54,435 nucleotides of DNA from Octopus bimaculoides (lineage: Eukaryota): assembly GCF_001194135.2 (NCBI RefSeq), contig NC_068984.1, positions 41,310,044 to 41,364,478 on the forward strand. Direction: 5' to 3'. The position numbers and the translations under genes were made by a program. How positions within the stretch are numbered: the first letter of the stretch is position 1; each line of letters starts with the position of its first letter. Below, piece after piece: positions 1-35,530 of the stretch. The notes under the pieces were generated by a model. That model had not been told where the DNA came from and searched no databases. It saw only the letters and a list, made by a program, of their open reading frames with translations.

Positions 1-3
1 GCT

Positions 4-143
4 CTTTTCAGTTTTCCGTCTACCAGATTTACTCACAAAGCTTTGGTTGGCCCGAAACTATAGTAGAAGACGTTAGCCCAAGTTATCACGCAGTGGGACT
101 GAACTCAGAACCATGAAGTTGGGAAGCAAACTTAGCACACAGC
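4..143 (-). mobile_element. tRNA-derived SINE, family A (head/body fragment)
   Basis: Same sequence block as 5612-5769, 9053-9210 and 16397-16558 (CAGTTTCCGTCTAC...CACGCAGTGGGACTGAAC). Confidence 0.8.
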
Positions 144-544
144 ATTTTCTCTCATGTCTTTTCTATAACCATATAAACCCTCTTGTTGCTACCGATTTTT
201 CACATCACGTTTATATTTTTTCGTCAGATCCAATATTTTTCCAGTATACTTTGTGAGTATTTTAACCTGTTTTGACATTTAAATATTTTCTGCATAATTT
301 CTCATTCTATTGATTGCAATCGTCCAGAGTGTGGAAGCATGATACTCGAAATGATTTCAGGTTCCATCAAGTATACTTAGTAACTCTATAGCCATTTCTT
401 CTTTATTTTCAGACTCAGGGCTTTTCATAAGTCGACTGCTTCTCCTTCGAATGTAGCACACTACATACAGAGATAAAAACTAGGGAAAAGAAATAGTACT
501 CGCTTAATTTTTCAACTAAGAATATCCCCATTCCATCTATAAAA

Positions 545-2205
545 TGCTGCCTGGAATGTTTAAACGAGAAAAAGGAAGATTATATGTAAAGAACGAGATT
601 TATTCTCTGAGGAGATGCCCAGACATTATACAGATAATAAAATCGGATTTGAAACTCGAAAACTTCCCCCCATCAAACAAAATCAAAACTATTTAAGCGT
701 AACTTTTTACTTGATAAAATGGATCATATTTCAGAAAATCCACAACAGCTTCCAAAACACTTTAAAAAGATCTTAATATATTTACCTATTTCCGAGGAAA
801 TATACGTTTATCTTATCATATAAGAAAAATTTCTTTGGTATACATGACAGGCTGCTTATTATCCAAAATAATATCACTAACGTTTATAAAAGAATATTAT
901 GTCAACACAAACATCTCCGTAAGACAAGAAGCAGAAGAAATTTCTATTACTTTTTAAATAGATGATAAAGTGAAATACCCAGACCTTTGTGTACGATGCA
1001 TTACACTTAAAGTTCACAAGAGCAACTTCGCACACAACCAAGTATAACCGGGATCAGCAAGCAATTTTAGATGTACTTATACTTACAGTAAATATTAGAG
1101 AATAGTATAGCCGTATTAGAATGGTTTTGCAGAATCAAAAAGCAGCATTGTAAGTTTACTCGTTTTGATATCACTGACTTTTACTCTTCCATCACTAAAC
1201 CACTTCTTTACAAATCGCTCTAATCAGTGAATCTAGCATTAATATATTTATGCCTACAAAGAAATCCCTGTATGTTTTCTTTTCTTTTCTTTTTTTTTAT
1301 AAATCCACCTGGTTTTTAAAACAGCTGAGTCAAATTGTTTCATGTCTCATATGGAAGCGTACGATGGGGCTGAATTACATGAAATCATAGGCATTTATAT
1401 CTTAGACGTTTTACATATAAGATTTCCTACAGTAATATTGGGGTCCCTACCGAAACGACGGACTCTTAGTCTCAGAAAACACCTCATTAAATTATTATTA
1501 ATATAGGTACCCACAGTAATGCGTAAGCCTATCTTAATAGAATTAACTTTTTAGACATTAAACGTAGACACAAGAAAAATTCTGCCCTTACCATAGACGC
1601 CCAAGAAGAGATTATTTTTAGAACAGTTCCACTCACTGCCAGATATTTTAAATAATTCTTTATGTTAGTGAGTATCATTATCTTCAGATAAATCTGCATT
1701 TATCAATGCCTTTCATTATTACAACGCCGCTTTCCGTAAAAGTGGCTTCTCAGAGAAAAAGCAATACCTACCTGTATCTCATGTTTCAAAGCATACAAGT
1801 ATACCAAGAAATATTCTATGACATTTAAATGCACCAATAAACATAGCTAAATGGTTCCCTACTCTTTCCATCAAACCAGTAACCCGATTAAGATTAGCTT
1901 CCAGTAAAAACTTCAGAAGCTCTATTGTAATATCAAAAAAAAAAAAAAAAACTTTCTAGCAATAGTTTGCCTTCTTCAACTACTTGCAAATGTACTGGCG
2001 GCTTGTTAGTTAGTCAGACGAAATTTAAAAAATACACTTAAATAATATTTATAGATAAGCATTTTACTTTGGATTAAGCGAACATCTTTACCAACTTAGA
2101 CATTCTTTTATTTCGAACAAGAAATTTACAAGCCTGTCCAAATATATCTGATTTTTGAAAGACATATTCCCACTACGTATTCACCTAATTCATTGGCCTA
2201 TACCA
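545..2205 (+). mobile_element. Degenerate Penelope-like element (RT plus C-terminal GIY-YIG endonuclease remnant)
   Basis: Frameshifted motifs ITLKVHKSNF (~1000), FDITDFYSSI (~1165), M(E)AYDGAEL (~1350), YRNDGL (~1447), YFGLSE (~2065), SLSKYI*FLKD (~2130). Confidence 0.7.
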
Positions 2206-2273
2206 GTGCTCCGCAACCGGTATGCCGCGGAACACTGGTGGGCCACGAGACGATGCTAAGTGCGCCGCAGTGT
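2204..2273 (+). mobile_element. hAT-like DNA transposon left-end fragment
   Basis: Begins CAGTGCTCCGCAACCGG, resembling the CAGTGGTTCTCAACC termini of the MITEs at 11398 and 27488. Confidence 0.4.
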
Positions 2274-2559
2274 AACCTCAATATAATTTTTCCCTTATAT
2301 CTTTAGTTCGTACCATCATAGAGATCCAACCATTTTTTTTATATTTAGATTCAATCAAAACTTATTCCGATATTTAAATATTGATTACATATTCTATTAT
2401 ATACTTCTTTTTCCACTGATCACAAACTTCCGAAGATCGGAAAACTCAAAGTAACGACTTGAACTCCACTTTCATAGATGAGTTCTGTCTTTTCCCCTTC
2501 TTGTCCTCATTCATGTGTTTACACGCACACTAGGACTAATCATAATTTTATGCTCGCTC

Positions 2560-4330
2560 TTATGTACCTATAACACTTGGGAGAGTCTCCTCTAGTACAT
2601 CATCTCACTATTGCGATCTTTCAACTTTTTCGTGAGGTTCAGCCCTTTCAGATAAGTTTCCGCCACTTCATATCTTACCCTTCGGTATAATTATTTCGCA
2701 TAGATTGCCCTGGTACTTAACCCAACAATTACTCTTCATATAGATCACAAGTCCGTACCAGTGAAGCTACATCTGATTCCTCTTATACCCAGGCGTTTTC
2801 TCTGCTCACTTTCAAAGTCCGTTCATGTACACTGATGTTTCACTACCAGCGGAGTTTCCTTTTAGCGTTCACGCATCCTCATATTCAATACCACCCCTTT
2901 GCTATTGTGCAATACTGGACTTTGCACAAGCATCGCACTATCTGCCTTTCATTCGGAGAGAGAAAAACCTTTCCTTACACCAGATCTAATAGCTCGCAGA
3001 AGCTTTTTTTTTTTTTTTTACTGATTCTTCTAAGTTTTCGAAACACCCGCCTTTAAGTCCCAGATAAGAGGCTAGCAACTATTTCTAGTCAGTTTTCTAA
3101 ATATTCGAAAGGATTTATTTCATGAGTGCTTCTTTTGCTAACTTCTTGAGCATCTATTACATATGAAGTCTTTCTCAGCTTGCCAGTAACACCACTCCAG
3201 TTTTTGTAAGCCATTGTTTACAATTCGCTCAGGAGATAGAGCTTTTACCTATGCCTCTCTTGCATTCACAAAAATCAATCCCACTTCCCTGATTACAAGT
3301 CTTTTCTTCCCAAATGAATTATTTTCTTCAATAAAATTACTTTTGGGGGCCTTTCAATTTTAAGCTTTGCACATTTTGATTTTCTTTTCAGATTTTTCAG
3401 CTACGAGAGAAGTAAGTCATCAGCACACAATTCTTCAAGGACAATCTTAAACTTCTCTCTTACGGACAAAAGAATTATAATAAACAGCAGCGGGTCGAGA
3501 ACCAAGCCTTGGTAGACACCTACTTGCAAGCTAAATTCTTCACTAGACCCATTGCCGATAGCATTTCTGTACATGGATTTGATCTCACAAACCATTCATC
3601 AACACTGGGGTTTCTAAATGATTAACACTCTTCAGAGAATGGTACTTCTCAAAGCCGTTCGAATTTCCAAAAGATTGGTAGTGGCTTACTCTCAGTTAAG
3701 AACTTTCGTAATTGTTTTGGTTTGAAATAAGCACCAATGGTACCATCAGATCGCACACGAAAACTGTATCCCAAGCTAATTCTCTCGGCTATTTTTCCGT
3801 TACTTTCATAAACTAGACCATGATGTCTATGGTTAATTCTTTCTAGAGCATCCCCTTAAAGCAGTTAACAATTGATCTGCCTGTACTCTTATTGACGATT
3901 ATGCAAGTGGTCTAAAATTTACATCTCAGCGGCTACCCCTAATGGTTCAATGGATTTCCCTTGCCTTCGTATCTATCAGCTTCAATAGTTATGGTTTCCC
4001 CATTAATCCATTATAATCAGCTACGATAACGAGATTGGATCATACGTTACCGAATTACTCAGCCAAACTAAAGTGCCCCATAGAAACAACCCTTTGCTCA
4101 TGTCATTACAGCTTAGTGTATACGCAGAATTAACCTGACGTGTTACTCATGGCTAGGTTAAGCTTCATTATCCTACAATCTCTGACTACAATTATCAATA
4201 GACATATTGCCTACTCTACTCACCCACAAGAAATTGTACCTATGTTTATTGCGCGTGAATATGGAGGCGACTACATGCTACAGCATCTCTGCAAACTCTA
4301 TAGCCCTTCTATTCATCGTAACATGATGTA
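2560..4330 (-). mobile_element. Degenerate RTE-type LINE (RT and C-terminus)
   Basis: ORF 3401-3595 gives VGVYQGLVLDPLLFIII...LCADDLLL (QG-x-LSP and YADD remnants); other frames are interrupted. Confidence 0.7.
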
Positions 4331-4544
4331 ACCCTAAAGAGAGAGTTTGCTCCATCTGAAATCAAAAGTTGGTGAGATCGTATGATCAAGACGCATCAAC
4401 ACGTAGGACGCTAGAAACGGAGCTAACAGTGAAGTAAACATTGAAGACATCAAATGTTGGTAGGATTACTGTAGTAATGCAAGTACGAAATCTAATTTAA
4501 ACCATAAGTCCGACTCTAACTCCTTGGTGTAGTGCAGGTATAAA

Positions 4545-4716
4545 AAGTAAACACAAATGGCGTTTAAAATTTACGACAGCTATTTCAGTAGAATTTTAAT
4601 GCATCTGGAGAAGATAACGATGATGGTGGATTATATAATGTGATGTAATCTTATGAATGCATTAAAATTCTACCGAAACAGCTGTCGTAAATTTTAAACA
4701 CTATTTGTGTTTACTT
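4545..4716. repeat. Fold-back / MITE-like inverted repeat
   Basis: 60-bp arms 4545-4604 and 4657-4716, 4 mismatches, 52-bp spacer. Confidence 0.85.
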
Positions 4717-5165
4717 CATACATATATAATTGTCACAACTTTAAATATTTTAACTTAGCTATTTATTGAACACTTCCTGATATTTTGCACCAGATTAATG
4801 TAGTAGGAATGCGTTGTTAAAACAATAAATAAATAAAATTGTATATGTACACACATGTATATTTACATTATTATATACAGATATACATACACACACATAT
4901 GTAAATGAGTCTTTATTAACGATGTGTCCCGAAGCGAATTCAGCAATAAATAACCAGTGAGGATTGGCGACAGGAATGGCATCCGGCTTTAACAAAATTG
5001 CCTCAACAAATTCCGTCCGACCCATGCAATCGTGGAAAAGTGGACGGTAAATGATGAAGCTGCTGATGAATCCTGTTGGATGGGAAAATGCATGGCTTGA
5101 GCTATGCAGTCAGCTTTCCGCCCTTTTTTTTTTTTTTTTTTTCCATTGGAAGGGAATTTTAACTT

Positions 5166-5439
5166 NNNNNNNNNNNNNNNNNNNNNNNNNNNNNNNNNNN
5201 NNNNNNNNNNNNNNNNNNNNNNNNNNNNNNNNNNNNNNNNNNNNNNNNNNNNNNNNNNNNNNNNNNNNNNNNNNNNNNNNNNNNNNNNNNNNNNNNNNNN
5301 NNNNNNNNNNNNNNNNNNNNNNNNNNNNNNNNNNNNNNNNNNNNNNNNNNNNNNNNNNNNNNNNNNNNNNNNNNNNNNNNNNNNNNNNNNNNNNNNNNNN
5401 NNNNNNNNNNNNNNNNNNNNNNNNNNNNNNNNNNNNNNN
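5166..5439. other. Assembly gap (N run)
   Basis: Run of N. Confidence 0.99.
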
Positions 5440-5611
5440 GGGGGGGGGTATGTAAAGGATTTTTAACTTCAGAGATATTCCAGCTATCAGACGATCTGTT
5501 GACAGGAAACATCAACACGTGATTGAATACAACCCACCCACAAATAGTGACGTAACTAACTGAAGCTCAGCGTAAGTTATAAACATTCGTAAACAGACAT
5601 ACACACAAGAC

Positions 5612-5769
5612 AGGGTTTTTTCAGTTTCCGTCTATCGAATTCCTTCATAAAGCACTGGTTGGCCTGCAGCTCTATTAGAATACATTTGCCCAAGGTGCCA
5701 TGCAGTGAGACTGAACCTGAAGACACGCTGCTGAGAAACAAACTTAATCATATAACCATGCCTGCACCT
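5612..5769 (-). mobile_element. tRNA-derived SINE family A, diverged copy
   Basis: Similarity to 16397-16558. Confidence 0.75.
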
Positions 5770-5865
5770 AAACGTGAGTGTATGATTGTGTGTGTATATA
5801 TATACACCCACACATGCAAACACGTATATATAATTAGTGATCATAATTTTGTGTATGTGCATACA

Positions 5866-5895
5866 TAACTATGTATGTATGTATGTATGTATGTA

Positions 5896-5950
<55 letters not shown>
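5866..5950. repeat. Compound microsatellite (TATG)n(TG)n(TA)n
   Basis: Directly visible. Confidence 0.95.
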
Positions 5951-5954
<4 letters not shown>

Positions 5955-6968
5955 CTATTATAATACACACACACATACATACAAATGGATATATTTATAT
6001 TTCATTAACATACTCGTGTATATACACTTCATATACACGCACACATAAACACACGTGTATATGTACATACATACGTATGTATGTATACATGTTTGATCAG
6101 TATGGAGCCGTAGTAGATGATACTTGCCCACCGCATATCACCTTCGGCAAGTATCATCTTGTACAACCCCGGGTCAACCAAAGCCTCGTGAGTGAATAAG
6201 GTACACAGAAACTAGAAAAAGATCGTTGTGTGTGTGTGTGTGTATATATATATAACTGTACGTGAGAGAGAGAAAGAGAAAATGAGTTCATATCTCGTCT
6301 ATCTTCACACATTTGCTGATTGACTCACTGTTCATACAATGTCCTTTGCTTGCATTCCACTGCAAAAGCATGTCTAGGCTGTTGTTCGTTAGACAAGGAG
6401 ATTATAACCTCACTTGAAAACATGTAGAGACTGTTGTCAGAGCCTCTGGCTGTAGAAATTCTTCCTTAATGCACTTTCATCTGCACCGAGTAAACATGGA
6501 AGTTAAATTGTATGTGTACATAAATTATATATGTATACACAGCACAGAGAGAGAGATAGATAGATAGAGACAGATAGATAGAAACACACACACACTAAAA
6601 GGCAGAAGTGGCTACATAGTTAAGAAATTCACTTCTCGTCTATGTGCACTCAATATCATAACATAGCAACTTGAGAAAATATCTTCTACTGTAACCCCAC
6701 TGACACTTTTTGTGTGTTTACATTTATATGAATGTTTACGAATTATGATGAGATACTACCAGTAAAATTTGTGGAGATTTCCCATCAACAGATTGTCTAC
6801 CTTCGTCAAATTCCTATAGGTAAAAAAAAATAAAGTTCCTTACTTCAAAAACAATGACAGGAAGAGAACATGGTCATAAAAATTCTGCCTCAAATACCTC
6901 CCTGTCTAACACAATGGTAGCATGAAAAGATAAGAATTTAAGTGAACAAACATAAATATATTCAAATA

Positions 6969-6999
<31 letters not shown>

Positions 7000-7249
7000 T
7001 TTTTACATACACATTTTCATGCATCTATCGATGCACACACACACACACACACACATACATACACACACAGAGGCATGCTCACGTTTATGCAGAAGCAGAT
7101 TCATATCCTATGTATTACATTTTACAAAATGAAAAGGCAACAATATATTTCTGGTTTGCATTGTTGTGCTTACTCACTCCAATCAGAGCAAGTAAAACTA
7201 CTTTCACTAAGGAATTTTAGCATTACAAAGGAACATATAGGAAATATAG

Positions 7250-8204
7250 TACCACCAAGGAATGTTTATTCAATAATCAAAAATGAATTATGAAAACAAT
7301 ATGTTCCTTTCATAACATTCATTGAACTACTTACATAAATATCACTAGAATGCAATGGTTCTTCTATCATGCCAAACTTTTCCAACAAGGTTAGACATTT
7401 GCCGGTTAGCTTTCACAAGGAATCAGTACAGAAACTACTGAATAGGTGTAGCTTTGAAGTTAAGATGGAAAAGGCAGACATGAAGTGTTTTTGGGGGGAT
7501 TTTTGTCTTTTTTTTTTGTTTTTTTTAACAGGTGTATGTACATTTGTACGTATGTGTATATCAGTCAGTCTGTGTTTCTCTATGTATTTATATATATTTT
7601 TTATTTTTGTTTTTAATAAATAAATGACTTGGTGGAAACAACAGTCAATATAAACAGGACCTCCAACAGCCAGTAACTCTTGTAGAAATGTTAGAGTACT
7701 CGCTTCTGTAAAAATCAGAGATACCAATTCTACTCTTTGACTATCTGGTGCTTTAAAACGTTTCTAGGAGCAGAAACTTAGTGAGGCCATGAAAATGACA
7801 ACTCACACTGGGTTGGTGAGGTTGACACATCTTTTTCCATATGATACTCCTCAGATTTTCATCCATTTTCACCATAAAACTGCGCTTTTATTCAAACTGT
7901 TACATCACAATCCTATTTTGTACTGCATGATATCCAATTTGACAAATTTTAAGATGAAATGCTGCAGACTTTTAAAAATAAGGCAGTTATTTTGATAAGA
8001 CAGTGGTGGCCATGAAGTAGCAGCAAAAATATAAAATCATAAGATGACTTCATTTTGGAGACAGCAGTAATAAATGCTCAATAATTCTGAAGAAATTGTG
8101 ATGAACAGGGAAAAAGATTTAGCAAACAATGGCTTCCATGAGGTCAAGAGTAAGTGTTGAAGTATAAACTGCAGGAAAGAGCAGGAGTCTAATGTAGCTG
8201 AATT
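7250..8204 (-). other. SPOP: Probable SPOP 3' UTR
   Basis: Non-repetitive sequence after the stop. Minus-strand AATAAA at 7892-7887, 7595-7590 and 7270-7265. The true end cannot be determined from sequence alone. Confidence 0.45.
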
Positions 8205-31094
<22,890 letters not shown>

Positions 31095-33343
31095 CCTGGT
31101 GTGGTCACTGGCAGTAGGATCTTGGTCCAGTGCTTGTGATGATGGCGGGGACGACAGCTTGAGAGATTGGTAGGAAACCACACAGAAATTAAATCAATAT
31201 GTCCGCTAATTTTGAACTGAAAATACAAAAGAAACACTTCATAGCTCTTGGAAAATAATGGGAAAATGGAATAACACTATTGTTAGTTACCATTTAACTT
31301 AAGTACCAAAGCTTCTGCAACAATTTTTAGTATATTGAAAAATCATTATTTAGGACTGGAAAATTGGCACTTGAAGGTAGAGATATGGTGTCTAGTAATC
31401 ACCAGTAACTGAATTTTTAAAAATTCGATATAATTTAATTAACTGATTAATTCATAGTTTTTTTTCTAAAGCTTTGATATTGCCATATATTCATTTGTGT
31501 CAAAAATATGAAAAAATCATTTTCAGGAGCTAAATTCTAAGAAAAATTCTAAATAAAATTTCATCTACTATAGTTAAGGAAATTAAAAATCACTTTGAAA
31601 AATGTAAATTGCTGTATTGTTTATAGTAAAGAATGCTGTAGTTTTACAATGAGAATAAAATTTAGCATTTCCGTTTATATATACCAAATACAAAGAATGA
31701 GAAATTTCCTAAAACAATTTTTAAAAAACCAAATCTTTGATGATTTAATATCTACAGAATTTTGTTAATGCAAACAAAACTACGAGTGAATAAAATTAAC
31801 GCTAGTCACAGATTCAAATAGATGCTATATGAAGATATATTTAATAATAGGAATCTAAGACCCATTTACAAAAGTCGCATCAAACAAAACGATAAAGCAG
31901 TAAGTGGGGCCCAAAATGAACTAAATAAAATATATAAAGCTAGTTAATAAAGGTAACCGATTTCAGATGAGTTATGATGATTCATTCTATGCTGTTTCAA
32001 TTCTGATGAGGGGAGGGGGAACCGAGCCATTCAGAAACTAGATGTAAATAGGATTGGAAAAAGTTTCCTATCTCGTGTTCAGATGAGAGTACGGTTCTGT
32101 TGTAATCAACAGAACATTTAACAAAGATTCCAAGTTGACTCTGTTTTCTTCGTTAATGTAATCATGAACCTTTAATGGAATAACTGCAGAAGAAATGTTT
32201 TAGAATTACTAATTGCAAAACAAGTTGATCAATATTGCAAAACGACACACTAGAAAAATATATAGACGTTAATAAAGTGCTCAGTTAATATGTACATGTC
32301 CAAAAGTTACAGAAAATTGGTTATGTTGAATGAAGCAAAGGAATTTAAAAGCTCGATACACAGCAAATAATGAATGACCAAAGTATCAATAGTAAAGGAG
32401 GGAGTCCAGTACAGTACCTGCATTGCAACAATTCCCCAAACTAATAAAATGAGAGTTAATACAACAAAACTAAGTTAACTCCGTGTTTTTGAATGAACCT
32501 TCATTCAGATACGAACAAAGAAATAAGCTGAATAGCTCGATAGATTTCTTCTAGTCTGTATTTTAGCACTACCTCGGAATTAAGTTAGCTTCATTCCATA
32601 TAATTAATTCTTACTCTCTCCTTCATTGATTAATCCAATCTAATTCGATGTACATGGGAAATGAACAAATAGGTGATTGAATCCATATGTTAAAATGTTT
32701 CATCGAAAAGATTTAGCCCAATTTAAAAACTTTATAAACAGAAATACATGTTAAAACCTGAAATATCTCTTTCTATGGAGTATTATCTTAAAGGGTTTTA
32801 CTAAGCAATGAAATACTTTAAAAGTATAGTTTATACACATACTCGTACACAAAATTAATCTCAGATCGTTGGTGATATTCAAGGGTTAAATGTTTCGATA
32901 CCGTTGAGAAGACAGCAAAAAAAGACTAAACACTTGCACCGAGGAAATTAAAATGAATAAACCAATATGTTTGGATAGGTAAAAGATAACTTAGTAAAGA
33001 ATGATAATAACGTTGACCGAAGATCTATACGGTTTTTAAATCAGAATAATCTAACACCAAATTAATGATAAATTGCACATAAATATGTAGATACAGAAAG
33101 GGGGGAAAAAAAGGAAACATCTGTTAAATAACCTAATTATGTTTCTCTGAAGATACAGCTTGCTAGTGGATCCCCACAGAAAAGAGACTCGATATTCAGA
33201 AGCTTGAGTCGACTGACCAAGTAAAACTATAGAGTCAATGCGATAGCTACAATAAAAAGGATTTATAACCAGTGAATAAATCAATGGTATTTATGGGTGC
33301 CTTGAAAAATTAGAGTGCGCCTGAGTGATCACATATAAAACTC

Positions 33344-33396
<53 letters not shown>

Positions 33397-33896
33397 AAAG
33401 CGATAAAGAGAGGAATTACTGGAAGTCCCCTTGCTTCAAGCCACTACACTAGATGCCGAGAATTCATTTTTGTCTACCACAGACTAAATTTCATTCATTT
33501 AACAATGAACCGCATATCTTTTCAGTTATCAAATATACCAAATCACTCACTAAGTTATGACTAAACCAAAAGTAAATTCTGGAAATGTGCCACAAAATAA
33601 GCCTATAAATTAATAAAACAATTTTGTGTTTCTTAACGAGTGAGAAAATTAAGTGATGAGTGAAAAAGCCTTTTTTTTTTTCCTTTTGTACGTAAAAGTC
33701 TTCTCGGAAAGATGTTGAGTGAAAAGAGATTGACTTCTTAGTGAAATAGCGTTTTCTGGGGAACATCAAGTTTATTACTATAAGCTTTAAAATTAGATAA
33801 ATCGTTTTATTAACAATTGAAATTAGTCAAGAAATATTTCCTCAAGACCCACCATAAATAGTTTAAAAAAAGAAGAGAAAACAAACTGAATACCGA

Positions 33897-33922
33897 ATAA
33901 TAATAATAATAATAATAATAAT
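33897..33922. repeat. (TAA)n microsatellite
   Basis: Directly visible. Confidence 0.9.
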
Positions 33923-34827
33923 AGTTATTTCAAACGTATATTAAAGAGATATCTAAACTACAAGGCTGTAATTTTCTACTCGTAGATGACAATTAGTAAA
34001 TGTGAATATGGAAAAAAAAAAAAAAAAAGAGATATATAACTCAATTAATATGGCGCAAAATACAATACGATTAACCTAAACATAAATTGCAAAAAGGATT
34101 ATTTTTAAAAAATCATTAAATACCATTCTAAAATATGCCGTATAGGCGTAATAGGTACTGCATCAGAGATAAAAACATCAACAAACATTAACATATTAGA
34201 ATGTGGCTATAAGGTGTATACGCAAACGCGTATGGGTAACACATATATATAAATATAATACGTACCTATATATACAAGCACACACACACACACGTGTGTG
34301 TGTGTGTTACAGCGTGGTACAGTATTAAACTCAGCTGGAGCAAACCAACAACATATATGTTATATACAACGATATGTGAGTGTATTATAATCTACACAAG
34401 GCATAAAAAAGGCAAATAGAAAGCAGGAAAGACGATAGATACACTAAGTAGAGAAGGAAATTAGAGTGAAAAGAGTTAATGTAACTTCTACGCCTTTCAG
34501 ATTAAAGAAAAAAATGGATAAATATTTTGTAATTATTAATTATAAATAATATTTCATACATGATACTAACATACAATCAAAGTGAATTGTCTTTCACAGT
34601 AATTTGGATGGACACACACACGTAATATATACAGATTTCTAACACAGAAAGGCGAAAACAAAAGAGAAAAAAAAATCTCCAAGAAATATCTTTAAAATAT
34701 AAATCGAAATTAAATTTTAACAGAGAGATAATGAACAACAAAATATAAATTTCGAAAATTGAAAGCTTAAGGAAATGATATATTCTCGGCATTAAATCCG
34801 TCTTGGCATAAAAGAAAAAATTCTAAC

Positions 34828-34880
34828 CTGTTCGGAACACTGGCGTCCATTAATTTAACTAGTAACTATGCGCATGCGTG
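34828..34880 (-). promoter_or_regulatory. Candidate SPOP promoter / first exon end with NRF1-like element
   Basis: TGCGCATGCG at 34869-34878 in CpG-retaining unique sequence, followed on the minus strand by ATGGACGCCAGTGTTCCGAACAG|GTTAGA (donor at 34827). Confidence 0.45.
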
Positions 34881-35338
34881 ATTTAGATGTCGCTGTGTAC
34901 GTTTCCTTTCGACTGTCATGTATAGCAATCCCTCACCGACAGAAAGACAAGAGCTTTTCGAATAAAGTTTAGCTTTTCTGTTTTCTTTTTTTATTATTAT
35001 TAATAATTGTCTTTTATCGTTATTATAATTCATTATTTCTTCTTTTAAAATTATTCCATTTTTTTTAAAAACGATAAATGCTATGATTTGGGAATATGTA
35101 AAATATTTACGAGTAAAGATATCAGCTGATTTATTTGTCTCGGTAGTAGAATAAAGTCAGCTGCATGCAAATTGGCTTATTTAGGGGTAAAAAAAAAAAA
35201 TTATAATGGGAAACAAGTGTAACCACGAGTTGTTATGAGATGTTACTTTGATAATAGTGTCAAAATTACGCATAAAACTCCGAGGTAGGGGTGGGTATTA
35301 TTCGTTTATAATTTAGTTAGGTCTACCCAACCAGAAGT

Positions 35339-35352
35339 GTCACCATAGCAAC
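35339..35352. promoter_or_regulatory. RFX X-box-like motif
   Basis: GTCACCATAGCAAC matches the GTHNYY-AT-RRNAAC X-box consensus. Confidence 0.3.
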
Positions 35353-35404
35353 TGTCACAGAGATATTCTGGAGTTCAGCATAACACAGATACAGAGAGAG
35401 AGAG

Positions 35405-35530
35405 CCCTGCGGCTGGGCGAATTTGATACTGGACCTTGCGAGTCACGAGTTCGTTCCCCACAGCAGCTGTTGCAGTCCTCGGCAACAAGACATTTAACGA
35501 AAGTTGTCAAAGGGTCCCTGGGCACCATTC
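35405..35530 (+). mobile_element. Diverged tRNA-derived SINE head
   Basis: B-box-like GAGTTCGTTCCCC at ~35447. Confidence 0.35.

Noticed and set aside
5063-5092. CTGATGA-ATCC/GGAT-GG-GAAA pseudo-hammerhead
   Set aside because: Two extra nucleotides before GAAA, no valid NUH site or stem I; CTGATGA arises from a decayed (GAT)n tail
5051-5518. ORFs in the track spanning N runs (also 25470-26349 and 48639-49565)
   Set aside because: Open only because N codons contain no stop; only the 26688-26290 and 49347-49532 parts have real similarity
5837-6199. Low-complexity ORFs such as YIYIYI, LSLSLS, LLLLL, KKKKK (also 6942-7293, 37168-37437, 46241-46468, 46875-47237)
   Set aside because: Translations of microsatellites
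7535-7542. Pumilio-type TGTACATA on the minus strand in the presumed 3' UTR
   Set aside because: Single 8-mer in TA/TG-rich sequence; not distinguishable from background
31095-31181. N-terminal extension of SPOP from the GTG start in the ORF track (MVSYQSLK...)
   Set aside because: Non-ATG start, no similarity to SPOP, and the ATG at 31094 gives the conserved 374-aa length
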